Positions 9,575 through 18,660 of a stretch of DNA of 64,000 bases are shown in pieces. The DNA comes from Dehalococcoidia bacterium (GTDB lineage: Bacteria; Chloroflexota; Dehalococcoidia; UBA2979), in the NCBI GenBank assembly GCA_965219085.1, contig OZ244720.1:992001-1056000 (forward strand), written 5' to 3'. The notes beneath the pieces are model-generated. The model had not been told where the DNA came from. It did not search any database and saw only the letters and a program-made list of their open reading frames with translations. Position 1 is the first letter of the stretch. The number at the start of each line of letters is the position of its first letter. A program made the translations under genes and the position numbers.

Positions 9575-9684
9575 CTGCTCCCTCAATCCGGGTAGCCGAG
9601 TATCCGGGAAGGCTGGCTTAGAGGCCCGGCTGCTGGTCCAATCCGTGCTCCGGCTCCGAGTCCTCGATGGCGTGGGCCCCACGC

Positions 9685-10638
9685 CTACGTGATCAGGTCG
9701 ATGGCCGCCGTAGCGACGCCGAGGAACAGGAGAAAGCCGCAGACGTCTGTCACCGTCGTGACGACGACCGCCGAGGCGACCGCCGGGTCGACACCGATGC
9801 GCCGCAGCACCAGCGGGACGCCCGCGCCAATGGAACCTGCGATCACGATGTTGCCGAGCATCGCGCTACCCAACACCAGGCCGAGGCCGACGTTCCGCGT
9901 CCACAGGATGGCGATCACGGCGACAAGGATGCCAGGCCACACGCCGTGCAGGAGCCCGAGCACGGCCTCGCGCGTGAGCAAGCGTCGCGTGCTCACCCCG
10001 ACGAGTTCGCCCAGCGCGATCGCGCGCACGATGAGGGTGAGGGTCTGCGTGCCGCCGATCCCGCCTTGCCCCGCGACGACCGGGAGGAAGGCGGCGAGCA
10101 CCACGACCTGGGCCAGTGTGGACTCGAAGAGCGCGATCGTCGCCGCGGCAAGGAACGTCGTCGCCAGGTTGATCGTGAGCCAGAGCAGGCGCGTTCGGAT
10201 CGAGGCCGCCAGGGGGCCGCCGACGGCCTCGCCCGGCACGTTTGCCACCTACAGCATCTGGCGCGTGTCCTGCTCGACGGAGACCCCGAGGAGCGACCCG
10301 GACCGAATCACCCCCGGCCGGCCTGCCGTCCGCGACGACCGGGACCTGGCTCAGGCTGTAGTGGCGCTGGAGCCGGGCGCACTCCTCGGCCGGGGTGTCG
10401 GCCCTCACGGTCGCGACGAGCGCCGAGGACAGCGTGCGAAGCGGCGTCTCGTCGCCGAGTCGCCTGCCATGTTGGCCGGATGCAGGCGCCGGACGAGGTC
10501 CACGCCGGCTCCACCCGGATCAGATCGTGGACCCTGCCGGCAATATCCTCGGCTTCGTCGAGCGAGATCGCCTGCCGCCTGATCGGTCGTCACGTCCGGG
10601 GCGGGTACCCCGGCGAGAGCGCTCTGTTCGTCCTGCAC
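9685..10638 (-). pseudogene. mgtE: Degraded magnesium transporter MgtE
   Basis: Intact membrane domain (RLLWL, FLPVVAGQGGIGGTQT, DPAVAS, TVTDVCG) preceded by an in-frame TAG at 10249-10251, a frameshift in a G-run near 10311-10315 within the CBS segment (ADTPAEECARL..YSLSQVPVV), and an LHPAN remnant; shorter than a full-length mgtE. Confidence 0.8.
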
Positions 10639-10736
10639 GCGTCACGTCCCGGCACGCCGGAACCCTCAACGGCGCCAATGCGCCCTCGGTCGGGTGGTTC
10701 AGCCCTGCGTCGCGCCTCGATGTGACCGACTCGCCG

Positions 10737-11702
10737 CTACCACTCGCGCGCAGACTCGTGCCAGAACAGCAGCCGCCGCTCGACGAGGGCGACCGCGGCG
10801 GTGAGCGCCACGCCGATGACGGCAAGCACGACGATCGCGCCGAACAGCGCCGGAGTGTCGTAGTCGCCGTGCGCGATCACAATCAGCTGCCCCACGCCCG
10901 AGTCCGCCGACATCCACTCGGCCACCACCGCGCCGATCAGCGCGAGGGGAATCGAGATGCGCAGCGCGGCGAACACGTACGGCAGCGACGCCGGGAACCG
11001 CAGCCATCGCAGCACCTGCCAGCGCGAGGCGTCCATCGCGCGGAAGTAGTCGTGCGCAGCCGCATCGATCGAGCGCAGGCCCGTCACCGCGTTCACGAGC
11101 ATCGGGAAGAACGTGATCAGACCCGCCACGACGTACTTCGGGCCGTCGCCGAAGCCGAGCCAGATGATGAGCAGCGGCGCGACGGCGACAATCGGCGTCA
11201 CCTTCACCAGCAGCGCGAACGGGTACAGCGCCCGCTCGAGGCGCCGCGAGTGCGCCATCGCAATGCCAAGCAGGAACGCGCTGCCCGCACCGAGCACGAG
11301 CCCACCGAGCGCGTGCTGCAGCGACACCGCGCCGGCACCGAGGAACCGCATCGGGTCGGCGAGCAGCGCATCGGCCACGGCCGTGGGCGCGGGCGCGAGG
11401 TACCCGGGGACCTCGCGTGCGCGGATCCACGCCTCCCACGCCACGAGCACGACCATCGCGACAAGCACCGGCGGCGCTGCGATGCGCGCGCCGCTTCGGA
11501 GCCACGCCGACACCGAGCCTCGCCGCCGCGAGCCGGGCGCATGGATCGTCTCGAGGGTGCCGTCGAGGAGGTCGGCGAGTCCGGGCTGTGCACGCTCCGG
11601 GGTCGCGGCTACGGCGCGGGTTGACGCCGAGGCCGCGGCGTGGCGCGACGCGCGCGGCGCGCCGTCGAGCAGGTCGGCGACGTCGGGGTGGAGCGCGGTC
11701 AT
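10737..11702 (-). CDS. ABC transporter permease, NitT/TauT (SsuC-like)
   Basis: YLAPAPTAV, TPIVAVAPLLIIWLGFG, FFPMLVN, GAVVAEW; ATG overlaps the upstream stop (ATGA). Confidence 0.93.
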   Translation of the reverse strand: MTALHPDVADLLDGAPRASRHAAASASTRAVAATPERAQPGLADLLDGTLETIHAPGSRRRGSVSAWLRSGARIAAPPVLVAMVVLVAWEAWIRAREVPGYLAPAPTAVADALLADPMRFLGAGAVSLQHALGGLVLGAGSAFLLGIAMAHSRRLERALYPFALLVKVTPIVAVAPLLIIWLGFGDGPKYVVAGLITFFPMLVNAVTGLRSIDAAAHDYFRAMDASRWQVLRWLRFPASLPYVFAALRISIPLALIGAVVAEWMSADSGVGQLIVIAHGDYDTPALFGAIVVLAVIGVALTAAVALVERRLLFWHESAREW

Positions 11703-12493
11703 GCGCCGCCTTGCCGCAAGGCCTTGCGCACGCGCGCGACGCGCTCGATGAACGCCGGCGTCTCCTCGATCGCCGCATGGCGCGGGCGGGGCAGATCGAT
11801 GGCCACGTCCGCGACGACGCGCCCCGGCCGAGGCGCGAGCACGACGACGCGGTCGGAGAGCAGCACCGCCTCGCGGATGGCGTGCGTGACGAACAGCACC
11901 GAGGGCCGGTCGCGCTCCCATAGCCGCAGCAGCTCCAGCCGCAGCTCCTCGCGCGAGAACTCGTCGAGCGCGCCGAACGGCTCGTCCATGAGCAGCAGCC
12001 GCGGCCCGTGCGCAAGCGAACGCGCCAGCGCGACGCGCTGCCGCATCCCGCCCGACAGCTCGGCCGGGTGGTACCCGGCGAAGCGCTCGATCCCGGCCCG
12101 CTCGAGGAGCCCTCGCACCTCGCCGCTGGCAGCGCGCCGTCCGGCCAGCTCAAAGCTGAGCGCGACATTGCCTGCGACGGTGCGCCACGGGAGCAGTCCG
12201 GGCTCCTGCGTCACGAGCCCGAACGCACGCATCGCGCGTGCCGACTCGGCGTCGCCCCCGAGCACGCGCGCGCGGCCCTCGGACGGCTCGATCAGCCCGG
12301 CGACGATGCGCAGCAGCGTCGTCTTGCCGCATCCGCTCGGCCCGACGATCGAGACGAACTCGCCCGGCGCGACCGCGATCTCGATGCCATCGAGGGCGAG
12401 CAGGCGCGCGCCGTCGCGCGTCTCGTAGCGATGCGAGACGCTCTCGACGGCGACGGCCGCCGTCGGGGCCTGGGCGGCGGTGGGCGTGGTCAT
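11699..12493 (-). CDS. ABC transporter ATP-binding protein, NitT/TauT
   Basis: GPSGCGKTT, LSGGMRQR, LLMDEPFGALD, FVTH. Confidence 0.95.
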   Translation of the reverse strand: MTTPTAAQAPTAAVAVESVSHRYETRDGARLLALDGIEIAVAPGEFVSIVGPSGCGKTTLLRIVAGLIEPSEGRARVLGGDAESARAMRAFGLVTQEPGLLPWRTVAGNVALSFELAGRRAASGEVRGLLERAGIERFAGYHPAELSGGMRQRVALARSLAHGPRLLLMDEPFGALDEFSREELRLELLRLWERDRPSVLFVTHAIREAVLLSDRVVVLAPRPGRVVADVAIDLPRPRHAAIEETPAFIERVARVRKALRQGGA

Positions 12494-12561
12494 GCGGCGG
12501 TCGATCCTTCCGCCCTCGCGGCTGGCGTGCAAGCTGCGGTAGGCTGCGCGCCGCCCATTGT

Positions 12562-12703
12562 AGTCGTCGCGGCGTGCACCGCCGCGGCGAGTACCCCAAC
12601 GAGAGGGCAGTCCTCGCGGCGTGTACCGCCGCGGCGAGTACCCCAACGAGAGGGCAGTCGTCGTGGCGTGCACCGCCGCGGCGAGTACCCCAACGAGAGG
12701 CAG
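12562..12703. repeat. Three tandem 47-bp repeats, each with an internal hairpin
   Basis: Units start at 12562, 12609 and 12656: AGTC(G/C)TCG(C/T)GGCGTG(C/T)ACCGCCGCGGCGAGTACCCCAACGAGAGG(GC); no spacers. Confidence 0.95.
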
Positions 12704-12711
12704 CGCGCCGC

Positions 12712-13380
12712 ATGCCCGAAACCATCGCGATCCTCGGCGGCACCGGGCCCGAGGGCCGCGGCCTCGCGTCGCGCTTCGCCCTCGCCGGGCGGCGCGTGAC
12801 CATCGGCAGCCGCGACGCCGCGCGCGGCGCATCGGTCGCCGCCGAGGTTGCCGCCACGCTGGCCGGCCGCGACGGCGCCGGGCCCGTCGAGGGCGCCTCG
12901 AACGCCGACGCGGCCGCCGACTGCGACCTCGCCGTCGTCACCGTGCCGTTCGAGGGGCACCGCGCCACCCTCGAGGCGCTGGCCGGGGCGCTTACCGGCA
13001 AGATCGTCGTCGACGCCGCTGTCCCGGTGCGCTTCGAGCGCGGCCCGCGGCCTGTCGATGTGGCGGAGGGCTCAGCCACCGAGCAGGCGGCGGCGGTGCT
13101 GCCCGAGTCGCGCGTCGTCGGCGCGTTTCACAACCTCGCCGCCGAGTCGCTGCTCGACCTCGACGCGCCTGTGCACGCCGACGTGCTCGTGACGAGCGGC
13201 GACGCGGAGGCGAAGCAGGCGGTCTTCGCCCTCGCCGAGCAGATCGAGGGCGTGCGCGCCGTCGACGCCGGGCCGCTGCGCTACTCGCGGTTCGTCGAAG
13301 GCCTGACGGTGCTGCTGATCGGGGTCAACATGCGCCACAAGGCCCGCACCCACGTCCGCATCGAGGGGCTGCCGGCATGA
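12712..13380 (+). CDS. npdG: NADPH-dependent F420 reductase
   Basis: IAILGGTGPEGRGLA, IGSRDA, VVGAFHNL, AVDAGPL; next to cofE. Confidence 0.93.
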   Translation: MPETIAILGGTGPEGRGLASRFALAGRRVTIGSRDAARGASVAAEVAATLAGRDGAGPVEGASNADAAADCDLAVVTVPFEGHRATLEALAGALTGKIVVDAAVPVRFERGPRPVDVAEGSATEQAAAVLPESRVVGAFHNLAAESLLDLDAPVHADVLVTSGDAEAKQAVFALAEQIEGVRAVDAGPLRYSRFVEGLTVLLIGVNMRHKARTHVRIEGLPA

Positions 13381-14156
13381 CCTCCTCGCAGCGCCGGGCC
13401 GGCGACGCCGAGGTGCGCGTGATCGGTCTGCGCGGCATCCCGATGGTGGAGGAAGGTGACGACCTCGCCGTCCTGACCTTCGGCTCGGCCATGGCGCAGG
13501 GCACGGCGCTCCGCGATCGCGATGTGCTCGTCCTTGCACAGCGCATCGTCTCGAAGGCCGAGGGCCGCGTCGTGCCGCTCGACAACTTCGTGCCGTCCCC
13601 GTTCGCGCTGGCGTGGGCGCGGGAGTGGGACAAGGACCCGCGCCAGATCGAGGCCGTGCTGCGGGAGTCCAGGCGCATCGTGCGCCAGCGCGGTGGCGTA
13701 CTCATCGCCGAGACGCGCCACGGCTTCATCTGCGCCAACGCCGGCGTCGACGCCTCGAACGTCGGCGGCAAGGGGCTGATCTCGCTGCTCCCGGTCAATC
13801 CCGACGCCTCGGCGCGTGCGCTCCGCGACGCCGCGCGTACGCAGCTCGGCATCGACATCGCCGTGATCGTGACCGACACGTTCGGCCGGCCGTGGCGGCA
13901 GGGCGAGACGAACGTGGCGATCGGCCTCGCCGGCCTGCGCCCGCTGCGTCCGCTCGCCGGGGCGCCGGACATCGACGGCCGCGAGATGCTGGTGAGCATG
14001 CCGTGCGTCGCCGACGAGATCGCCGCGACGGCGGGGCTCGTCATGTTGAAGACGGCGAGTATCCCCGCGGCCATCGTGCGCGGCTACCCGTACGAAGCCG
14101 GCGAGGGCTCGGCGCGCGAGATCGTGCGGCCTCCGGACATGGATCTCTTCCCGTAA
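13377..14156 (+). CDS. cofE: Coenzyme F420-0:L-glutamate ligase
   Basis: IVSKAEGR, CANAGVDASN, LLPVNPDASA, TDTFGRPWRQG, DLF C-terminus. Confidence 0.95.
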   Translation: MTSSQRRAGDAEVRVIGLRGIPMVEEGDDLAVLTFGSAMAQGTALRDRDVLVLAQRIVSKAEGRVVPLDNFVPSPFALAWAREWDKDPRQIEAVLRESRRIVRQRGGVLIAETRHGFICANAGVDASNVGGKGLISLLPVNPDASARALRDAARTQLGIDIAVIVTDTFGRPWRQGETNVAIGLAGLRPLRPLAGAPDIDGREMLVSMPCVADEIAATAGLVMLKTASIPAAIVRGYPYEAGEGSAREIVRPPDMDLFP

Positions 14157-14247
14157 GCACCGTCTGTCCATAGCAGCGTGTATAACTCCGCCCCCCGGGG
14201 CGTCGCGCCGGGATAGGATCGGCGCGGCCATGGATGCACCTTGAGGG

Positions 14248-14532
14248 ATGGCGATGGCGAACGACGACGGCGACGACGGCCAGCAGCCCTCCGACCAGGA
14301 ACCCCGCGGCCGGCTGCGCTCGCCCCTGCTCACCGACGGCCAGCCGAACTTCCAGTGGTGGCTGTTCCTGCCCGGCGTCGGCATCGCCGTGCTCTGGGCG
14401 CTGTACGGCGCCGTCAGCGCCGAGGCCGACGCGATGGGCTGGTTCCTGGGCCAGTTGCTGTGGCCGGGCATCCCCATCTTCGTCGCCGCTACGGCCGCCG
14501 CCTGGCTCGGCTGGCGGGTCGACATCGACTGA
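14248..14532 (+). CDS. Small two-TM membrane protein
   Basis: Two hydrophobic helices, GC-rich codon usage, upstream -10-like TATAAC at 14181; start may be 14254. Confidence 0.65.
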   Translation: MAMANDDGDDGQQPSDQEPRGRLRSPLLTDGQPNFQWWLFLPGVGIAVLWALYGAVSAEADAMGWFLGQLLWPGIPIFVAATAAAWLGWRVDID

Positions 14533-14555
14533 GCGGACGGAGGGGCGAGGCGCGC

Positions 14556-15632
14556 GTGCTGCACATCTACACCGGCTCGACGCAGGCCAATCGCGGCTCG
14601 GACGAGTTCCGCCTGCACGAGGCCGACCGCGAGCTGCGCACCCGCCTCGACACGGACGGCATGCTCTCCCTCAACACCACCGAGCTGCCCACACGCGGCG
14701 CGACGCCGGGCCAGCTGATCGAGCTCGCCTCGACGGTGCCGTTCCTCGCGCAGGCGCGGCTCGTCGTGGTCGAGGGGCTGCTCGTTTCGCTCGGCGCGGC
14801 TCGCGGCGTCGCCACGGAGTGGCAGCCGCTCGTCGACGCGCTGCCCGGCATGCCGGAGACGAGCCACCTCGTGCTGCTCGAGCCTGCACGCCAGCGCGAG
14901 CAGCGTCAGACGCTCGGCCGCTCGCCGCTGCTGCGCGCACTGAGAGCCCTCGACGGCGTCGACTTCCGCCAGTTCACCGAGCTGCGGATCGGCGGGCGCG
15001 GCGGCAACGAGGTCGCCTCGTGGCTACGCGAGCGCGCCGAGGCGACCGGCGTGCGCATCGAGGCAGCCGCGGCGGGTCGGCTCAGCGAGCTGATCGGCGC
15101 GGACCTGTGGGCGCTCAGCGGCGAGCTCGCCAAGCTCGCGCAGTACGCGCAGGACCGCGCCATCACCGTGGAGGACGTCGATCTGCTCACCACCGCCGCG
15201 CGTGACGAGGACGTGTTCGCGCTCGTCGACGACGCGGTCACGGCCCGCACCCCCGCGGCGCTCGTGCGGCTGCGGCGCATGCTCGACCGTGGCAGTGACT
15301 CACCGGTGCGCATCCAGGGGCTGATCGCCCGGCAACTGCGCAACCTCGTGCGCGCCGCCGCGCTGATCGAGGAGGGCGCGCCACGCGAGACGATCGGCGA
15401 GGCGACGGGGGTGTCGCACCCCTTCCCGCTCGGCAAGCTCGTCGACCAGGCGTCCGCCATCGGCCTCGCAGCCGCCGAGGACGGGCTGCGCGCCGTGGAG
15501 GCGGCCGATCACGCCGTCAAGACGGGGCGGTTCTCCGATGCGCTTGCCCTCGAGCTGCTCATCACGCGGCTCGGCGCCGGCCGCGGCCGCGCGCGGGCAG
15601 GTCGCGCTCGCTCCTCGCGTCGCCGGGGGTAG
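14556..15632 (+). CDS. holA: DNA polymerase III delta subunit
   Basis: TVPFLAQARLVVVEG, IGADLWALSGELAKL, VFALVDD, DHAVKTG, ALELLI; GTG at 14556 after GGAGG. Confidence 0.88.
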   Translation: MLHIYTGSTQANRGSDEFRLHEADRELRTRLDTDGMLSLNTTELPTRGATPGQLIELASTVPFLAQARLVVVEGLLVSLGAARGVATEWQPLVDALPGMPETSHLVLLEPARQREQRQTLGRSPLLRALRALDGVDFRQFTELRIGGRGGNEVASWLRERAEATGVRIEAAAAGRLSELIGADLWALSGELAKLAQYAQDRAITVEDVDLLTTAARDEDVFALVDDAVTARTPAALVRLRRMLDRGSDSPVRIQGLIARQLRNLVRAAALIEEGAPRETIGEATGVSHPFPLGKLVDQASAIGLAAAEDGLRAVEAADHAVKTGRFSDALALELLITRLGAGRGRARAGRARSSRRRG

Positions 15633-15658
15633 GAACCCGGCCGGTCAGGCCGGTCGAA

Positions 15659-15874
15659 CTACAGGAGTCGGCGGATGGGTTTGCGGCCCGGCCGCGGGTC
15701 GTAGTTGGCCTTGAACATCTCGAGCTTGTCACGCTCGATGAGGTACTTGCCGGCGAAGAGGACGGCTGGGACGCGCTTCTGCTTGATGAGGCGTCGCAGG
15801 CTCTGGGGGTGAATGCCGAGTTCGCCGGCGGCCTCCACGAGGTCGAGGTAGTCATCGAAGGGGGAGTCGGGCAC
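15659..15874 (-). CDS. Excisionase-like helix-turn-helix (HTH_17) DNA-binding protein
   Basis: YLDLVEAAGELGIHPQSLRRLIKQKRVPA...GKYLIER; AGGAG SD. Confidence 0.85.
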   Translation of the reverse strand: MPDSPFDDYLDLVEAAGELGIHPQSLRRLIKQKRVPAVLFAGKYLIERDKLEMFKANYDPRPGRKPIRRLL

Positions 15875-15969
15875 GGATCACTCCTGTCGGCGCGGAAACT
15901 GTTCACGTGCGTACGCGATGGTAGTTGCCAACACCGTTAGCGTAAAGCGCGTAGACAGTTCCGGGGGAG

Positions 15970-16395
15970 TCACGCCTGACGACTGCGGAGGGCGTCCCTG
16001 ATTGCGTCGACCGTCCGCACGCGCACCCGACTACCCCCACTCGACAGTACGATCAGCCGGACGTCATCACGCTCCATCACCGAGTGTTCGATCTCCGGCC
16101 ACCTGCGGACTATCGCTTGTGTTTGGCTGATGAGGGACGAAACTTCGCTCCCTCGGAATCGCATACGGATGACCTTCGCCCCCGCCAACATTGCGTTGTT
16201 GACGGCCAGCCACTCGCGTTCCTGGCGGTGAAGGTCGAGCGTGAGCAGTGCGTCGTAGTCCAGCGCACGCTGGACGACTTCCTCATCCGAGGCACCTGAC
16301 ATGCCGAGGTCGCTCACGTGGTCGGAGGGGTGGCCGAGAGCGGTCAGCACCCCTGCCAGTCCCCGGGCCACGGCCTCGTCGAGCAGGAGCCGCAC
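15970..16395 (-). CDS. DUF5615 PIN-like putative toxin
   Basis: MRLLLDEAV...GHPSDHV..LGMSGASDEEV...LLTLD; directly downstream of a DUF433 gene. Confidence 0.82.
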   Translation of the reverse strand: MRLLLDEAVARGLAGVLTALGHPSDHVSDLGMSGASDEEVVQRALDYDALLTLDLHRQEREWLAVNNAMLAGAKVIRMRFRGSEVSSLISQTQAIVRRWPEIEHSVMERDDVRLIVLSSGGSRVRVRTVDAIRDALRSRQA

Positions 16396-16398
16396 AGC

Positions 16399-17103
16399 CT
16401 AAGCGGCGATCGCGATCTGGAATTCGAGCGCGCGCTCGACGCGCCGCGCGTCGAGCCCGAACCGCAGTGCGATCCCCTCAATGTCCAACTCACGGTCCCA
16501 AAGCGACGCCAGTAATCCGGTCTCAATCCGGGTTCCGCGCATCACGGGAACGCCACCCAGCACGTGCGGGTCCATGTCCACGGCGTCGCTGTACTCTGCT
16601 AGCACTCCCAATGGTCCCTCCGAATCGATCGCTTCGATCATGCGCGCCAGCGCATCAGCCTCGACCGTCGAAGCGCGCACGGTTGGGCGTTCGACTAGAT
16701 TGGCGGAGATCCACCGCCCCATTTCGCCCGCGTTGCATGCGAGGCCACGATCCGGCGAGAGCGCGATAGCGCCCTCGTCGCGAGCTACGACCGGAATCTC
16801 GTACCAGCGCGGCAGATGCGCTTCGAGCCAGTCGATGTTCGGGCGAATGTGTGCGTGGCTAAGTCCCATCCCGAGCAGCTTGACCGTCGCCCGCGCCCTT
16901 GAGTACTCGATCCACGAGTAGAGCCTACCGATGCCGCGACGCCCGGCAGCGGCCGCGGTCAAGAGACCGGTCGAGTGCCAGTAGCCAAGTTGCCGCGTCG
17001 TGGCGCCCGAGAGGCGCGATACCACACGCGAGGACAGCACTCCGCGCGTGAAAGGCTCGGCAGGCTCCGGGTTCCGCCAGTAGTAGGAGTGGTAGTAGCC
17101 CAC
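16399..17103 (-). CDS. MerR-like HTH + DUF433 putative antitoxin
   Basis: VVSRLSGATTRQLGYW..TGLL, RLYSW (MerR-like); DPHVLGGVPVMRGTRI (DUF433); start uncertain. Confidence 0.8.
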   Translation of the reverse strand: MGYYHSYYWRNPEPAEPFTRGVLSSRVVSRLSGATTRQLGYWHSTGLLTAAAAGRRGIGRLYSWIEYSRARATVKLLGMGLSHAHIRPNIDWLEAHLPRWYEIPVVARDEGAIALSPDRGLACNAGEMGRWISANLVERPTVRASTVEADALARMIEAIDSEGPLGVLAEYSDAVDMDPHVLGGVPVMRGTRIETGLLASLWDRELDIEGIALRFGLDARRVERALEFQIAIAA

Positions 17104-17164
17104 GAGATTGCTCCCGCCACGATGGTAGCCCGTCGCTCGACGAACCGCTAACAACAGGCGTAGA

Positions 17165-17190
17165 GAAGCCCCCGCCTGGGCGGGGGCTTC
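17165..17190 (-). terminator. GC-rich hairpin, probable terminator of the acyl-CoA ligase operon
   Basis: GAAGCCCCCGCC-TG-GGCGGGGGCTTC inverted repeat about 35 bp past the stop at 17226. Confidence 0.7.
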
Positions 17191-17225
17191 CATGCCTCGC
17201 GAGAGGTTCGATGCGGCGAGGCGGT

Positions 17226-18656
17226 CTAGCCGGCCTCCGCCACCCACTCGTGGTACTTGATCACCCGCGACAGCGCGAGCGCCGCACGGTCGAAGCTCGG
17301 GAAGACGGCGAAGCCGCGCGCGACCACCTGGTCGCGGATCGGGATCACCTCTTCGTCGATCGCGCCGGCGTGCATCACCGTCACCAACGGCAGGCCCGTC
17401 CGCTCGCGGAACCCGTCGAGTTGGTCGAGCATCTCTTCGAGGCGCTCCGGCTCGTCCGCCCACATCCGCGCGAAGAACCCCGCCGAGAACTCGAACACCA
17501 TCACGTCGATGTTGGGGTCCCCCGCCAGCGCGTCCATGATGCGCCCGAGGTTCGCCGCGTCGCCCGCCATGCCGATGGTGTTCGCCATGTCGAACGGGTT
17601 GCGGTACGAGCCACCGATGACGTTGAAGAACTCGCCGATGGCCTCGTAGGTCTCGTCCGAGAGCTCCGGCACCTCGAGGCCCTGCCGGCCGAAGGCGTCG
17701 GAGATCGCGACCGACTGACCGCCGGTCATCGCCATCAGCGCGAGCCGGCGGCCGCGCGGGGCGGTGGTGTGGACGAGCGCCTGCAGCACGTCGACCAGCT
17801 CGTCGACGGAGTTCGCGGGGATGGCGCCGGTCTGCGCCATCATCGCGTCCCACGTCGCCATGGGCGTCGCCAGCGAGGCGGTGTGCGAGCGCGTCGCGCG
17901 CTGGCCGGCGGCGGTCTGACCGCCCTTCCAGATCACGACGGGCTTTTTCGGAGTGGTCTCACGCAGCGCCTGGAAAAAGCGCCGGCCGTCCTTGAGGCCC
18001 TCAAGGTAGACGCCGATGACCTGCGTGTCGGGGTCGTCGCGCAGGTACTCGATGTAGTCCGCCTCGTTGACGACCACGGCGTTGCCGAAGGAGATGCCGC
18101 GGCTCACCTCGATGCCGACGCGCTGCGCCATCGTCGTCGCGCCGACGGTGTGCGTGCCGCTCTGGCCCATGATGGAGACGTTGCCGCCCTCGCCGTGGTC
18201 GACGCCGTCGCTGAACTTCACGCCCTGGCGGCGGTTGTACACGCCCATGCAGTTGGGCCCGACGATCGGCATGCCCGCGTCGTTGGCGAGCGCTACGATG
18301 CGGTCCTCGAGCTCAGCGGCCTCCTCCTCGCCGGTCTCGGCGAAGCCGGCCGAGAAGATCGCCATGCCGCCGACGTTCTTCTTGATCGAGTCCGCCACGA
18401 TGAACGGCACGATCGGGCGCGGCACCGCGCAGATCACGAGGTCGATGTCCTCGGGGACCTCCTCGAGCTTCAGGTAGTTGGTGAAGCCGCGCTTCTCGAT
18501 CTCGGTGATCTCGTTGGGGTCGACCTGTACCGAGTAGAGCGGGCCGATGAAGTTGCGGTTGTTCTCCAGCCAGCCGTAGTCCGGCGCCTTTGCGCCCACC
18601 ACCGCGACCGAGCGAGGGGTCAGCGTGCGGTGCAGCCGGTCGCGATCGACGGCCAT
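17226..18656 (-). CDS. ADP-forming acyl/acetate-CoA ligase, alpha (CoA-binding) subunit
   Basis: PRSVAVVGA, SAGFAE, VGPNCMG, GQSG, KPVVIWKGG, phospho-His motif ATRSHTASL. Confidence 0.92.
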   Translation of the reverse strand: MAVDRDRLHRTLTPRSVAVVGAKAPDYGWLENNRNFIGPLYSVQVDPNEITEIEKRGFTNYLKLEEVPEDIDLVICAVPRPIVPFIVADSIKKNVGGMAIFSAGFAETGEEEAAELEDRIVALANDAGMPIVGPNCMGVYNRRQGVKFSDGVDHGEGGNVSIMGQSGTHTVGATTMAQRVGIEVSRGISFGNAVVVNEADYIEYLRDDPDTQVIGVYLEGLKDGRRFFQALRETTPKKPVVIWKGGQTAAGQRATRSHTASLATPMATWDAMMAQTGAIPANSVDELVDVLQALVHTTAPRGRRLALMAMTGGQSVAISDAFGRQGLEVPELSDETYEAIGEFFNVIGGSYRNPFDMANTIGMAGDAANLGRIMDALAGDPNIDVMVFEFSAGFFARMWADEPERLEEMLDQLDGFRERTGLPLVTVMHAGAIDEEVIPIRDQVVARGFAVFPSFDRAALALSRVIKYHEWVAEAG

Positions 18657-18660
18657 GGCG

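Noticed and set aside
10249-10251. Pyrrolysine or stop-codon readthrough in mgtE
   Set aside because: The gene also has frameshifts and a deletion; ordinary decay explains the TAG
11560-11685. Repeated ADLLDG segment in the permease N-terminal extension
   Set aside because: Short local duplication in a low-complexity extension; no supportable function
12562-12703. CRISPR array
   Set aside because: Units are contiguous with no unique spacers, and there are no cas genes in the window
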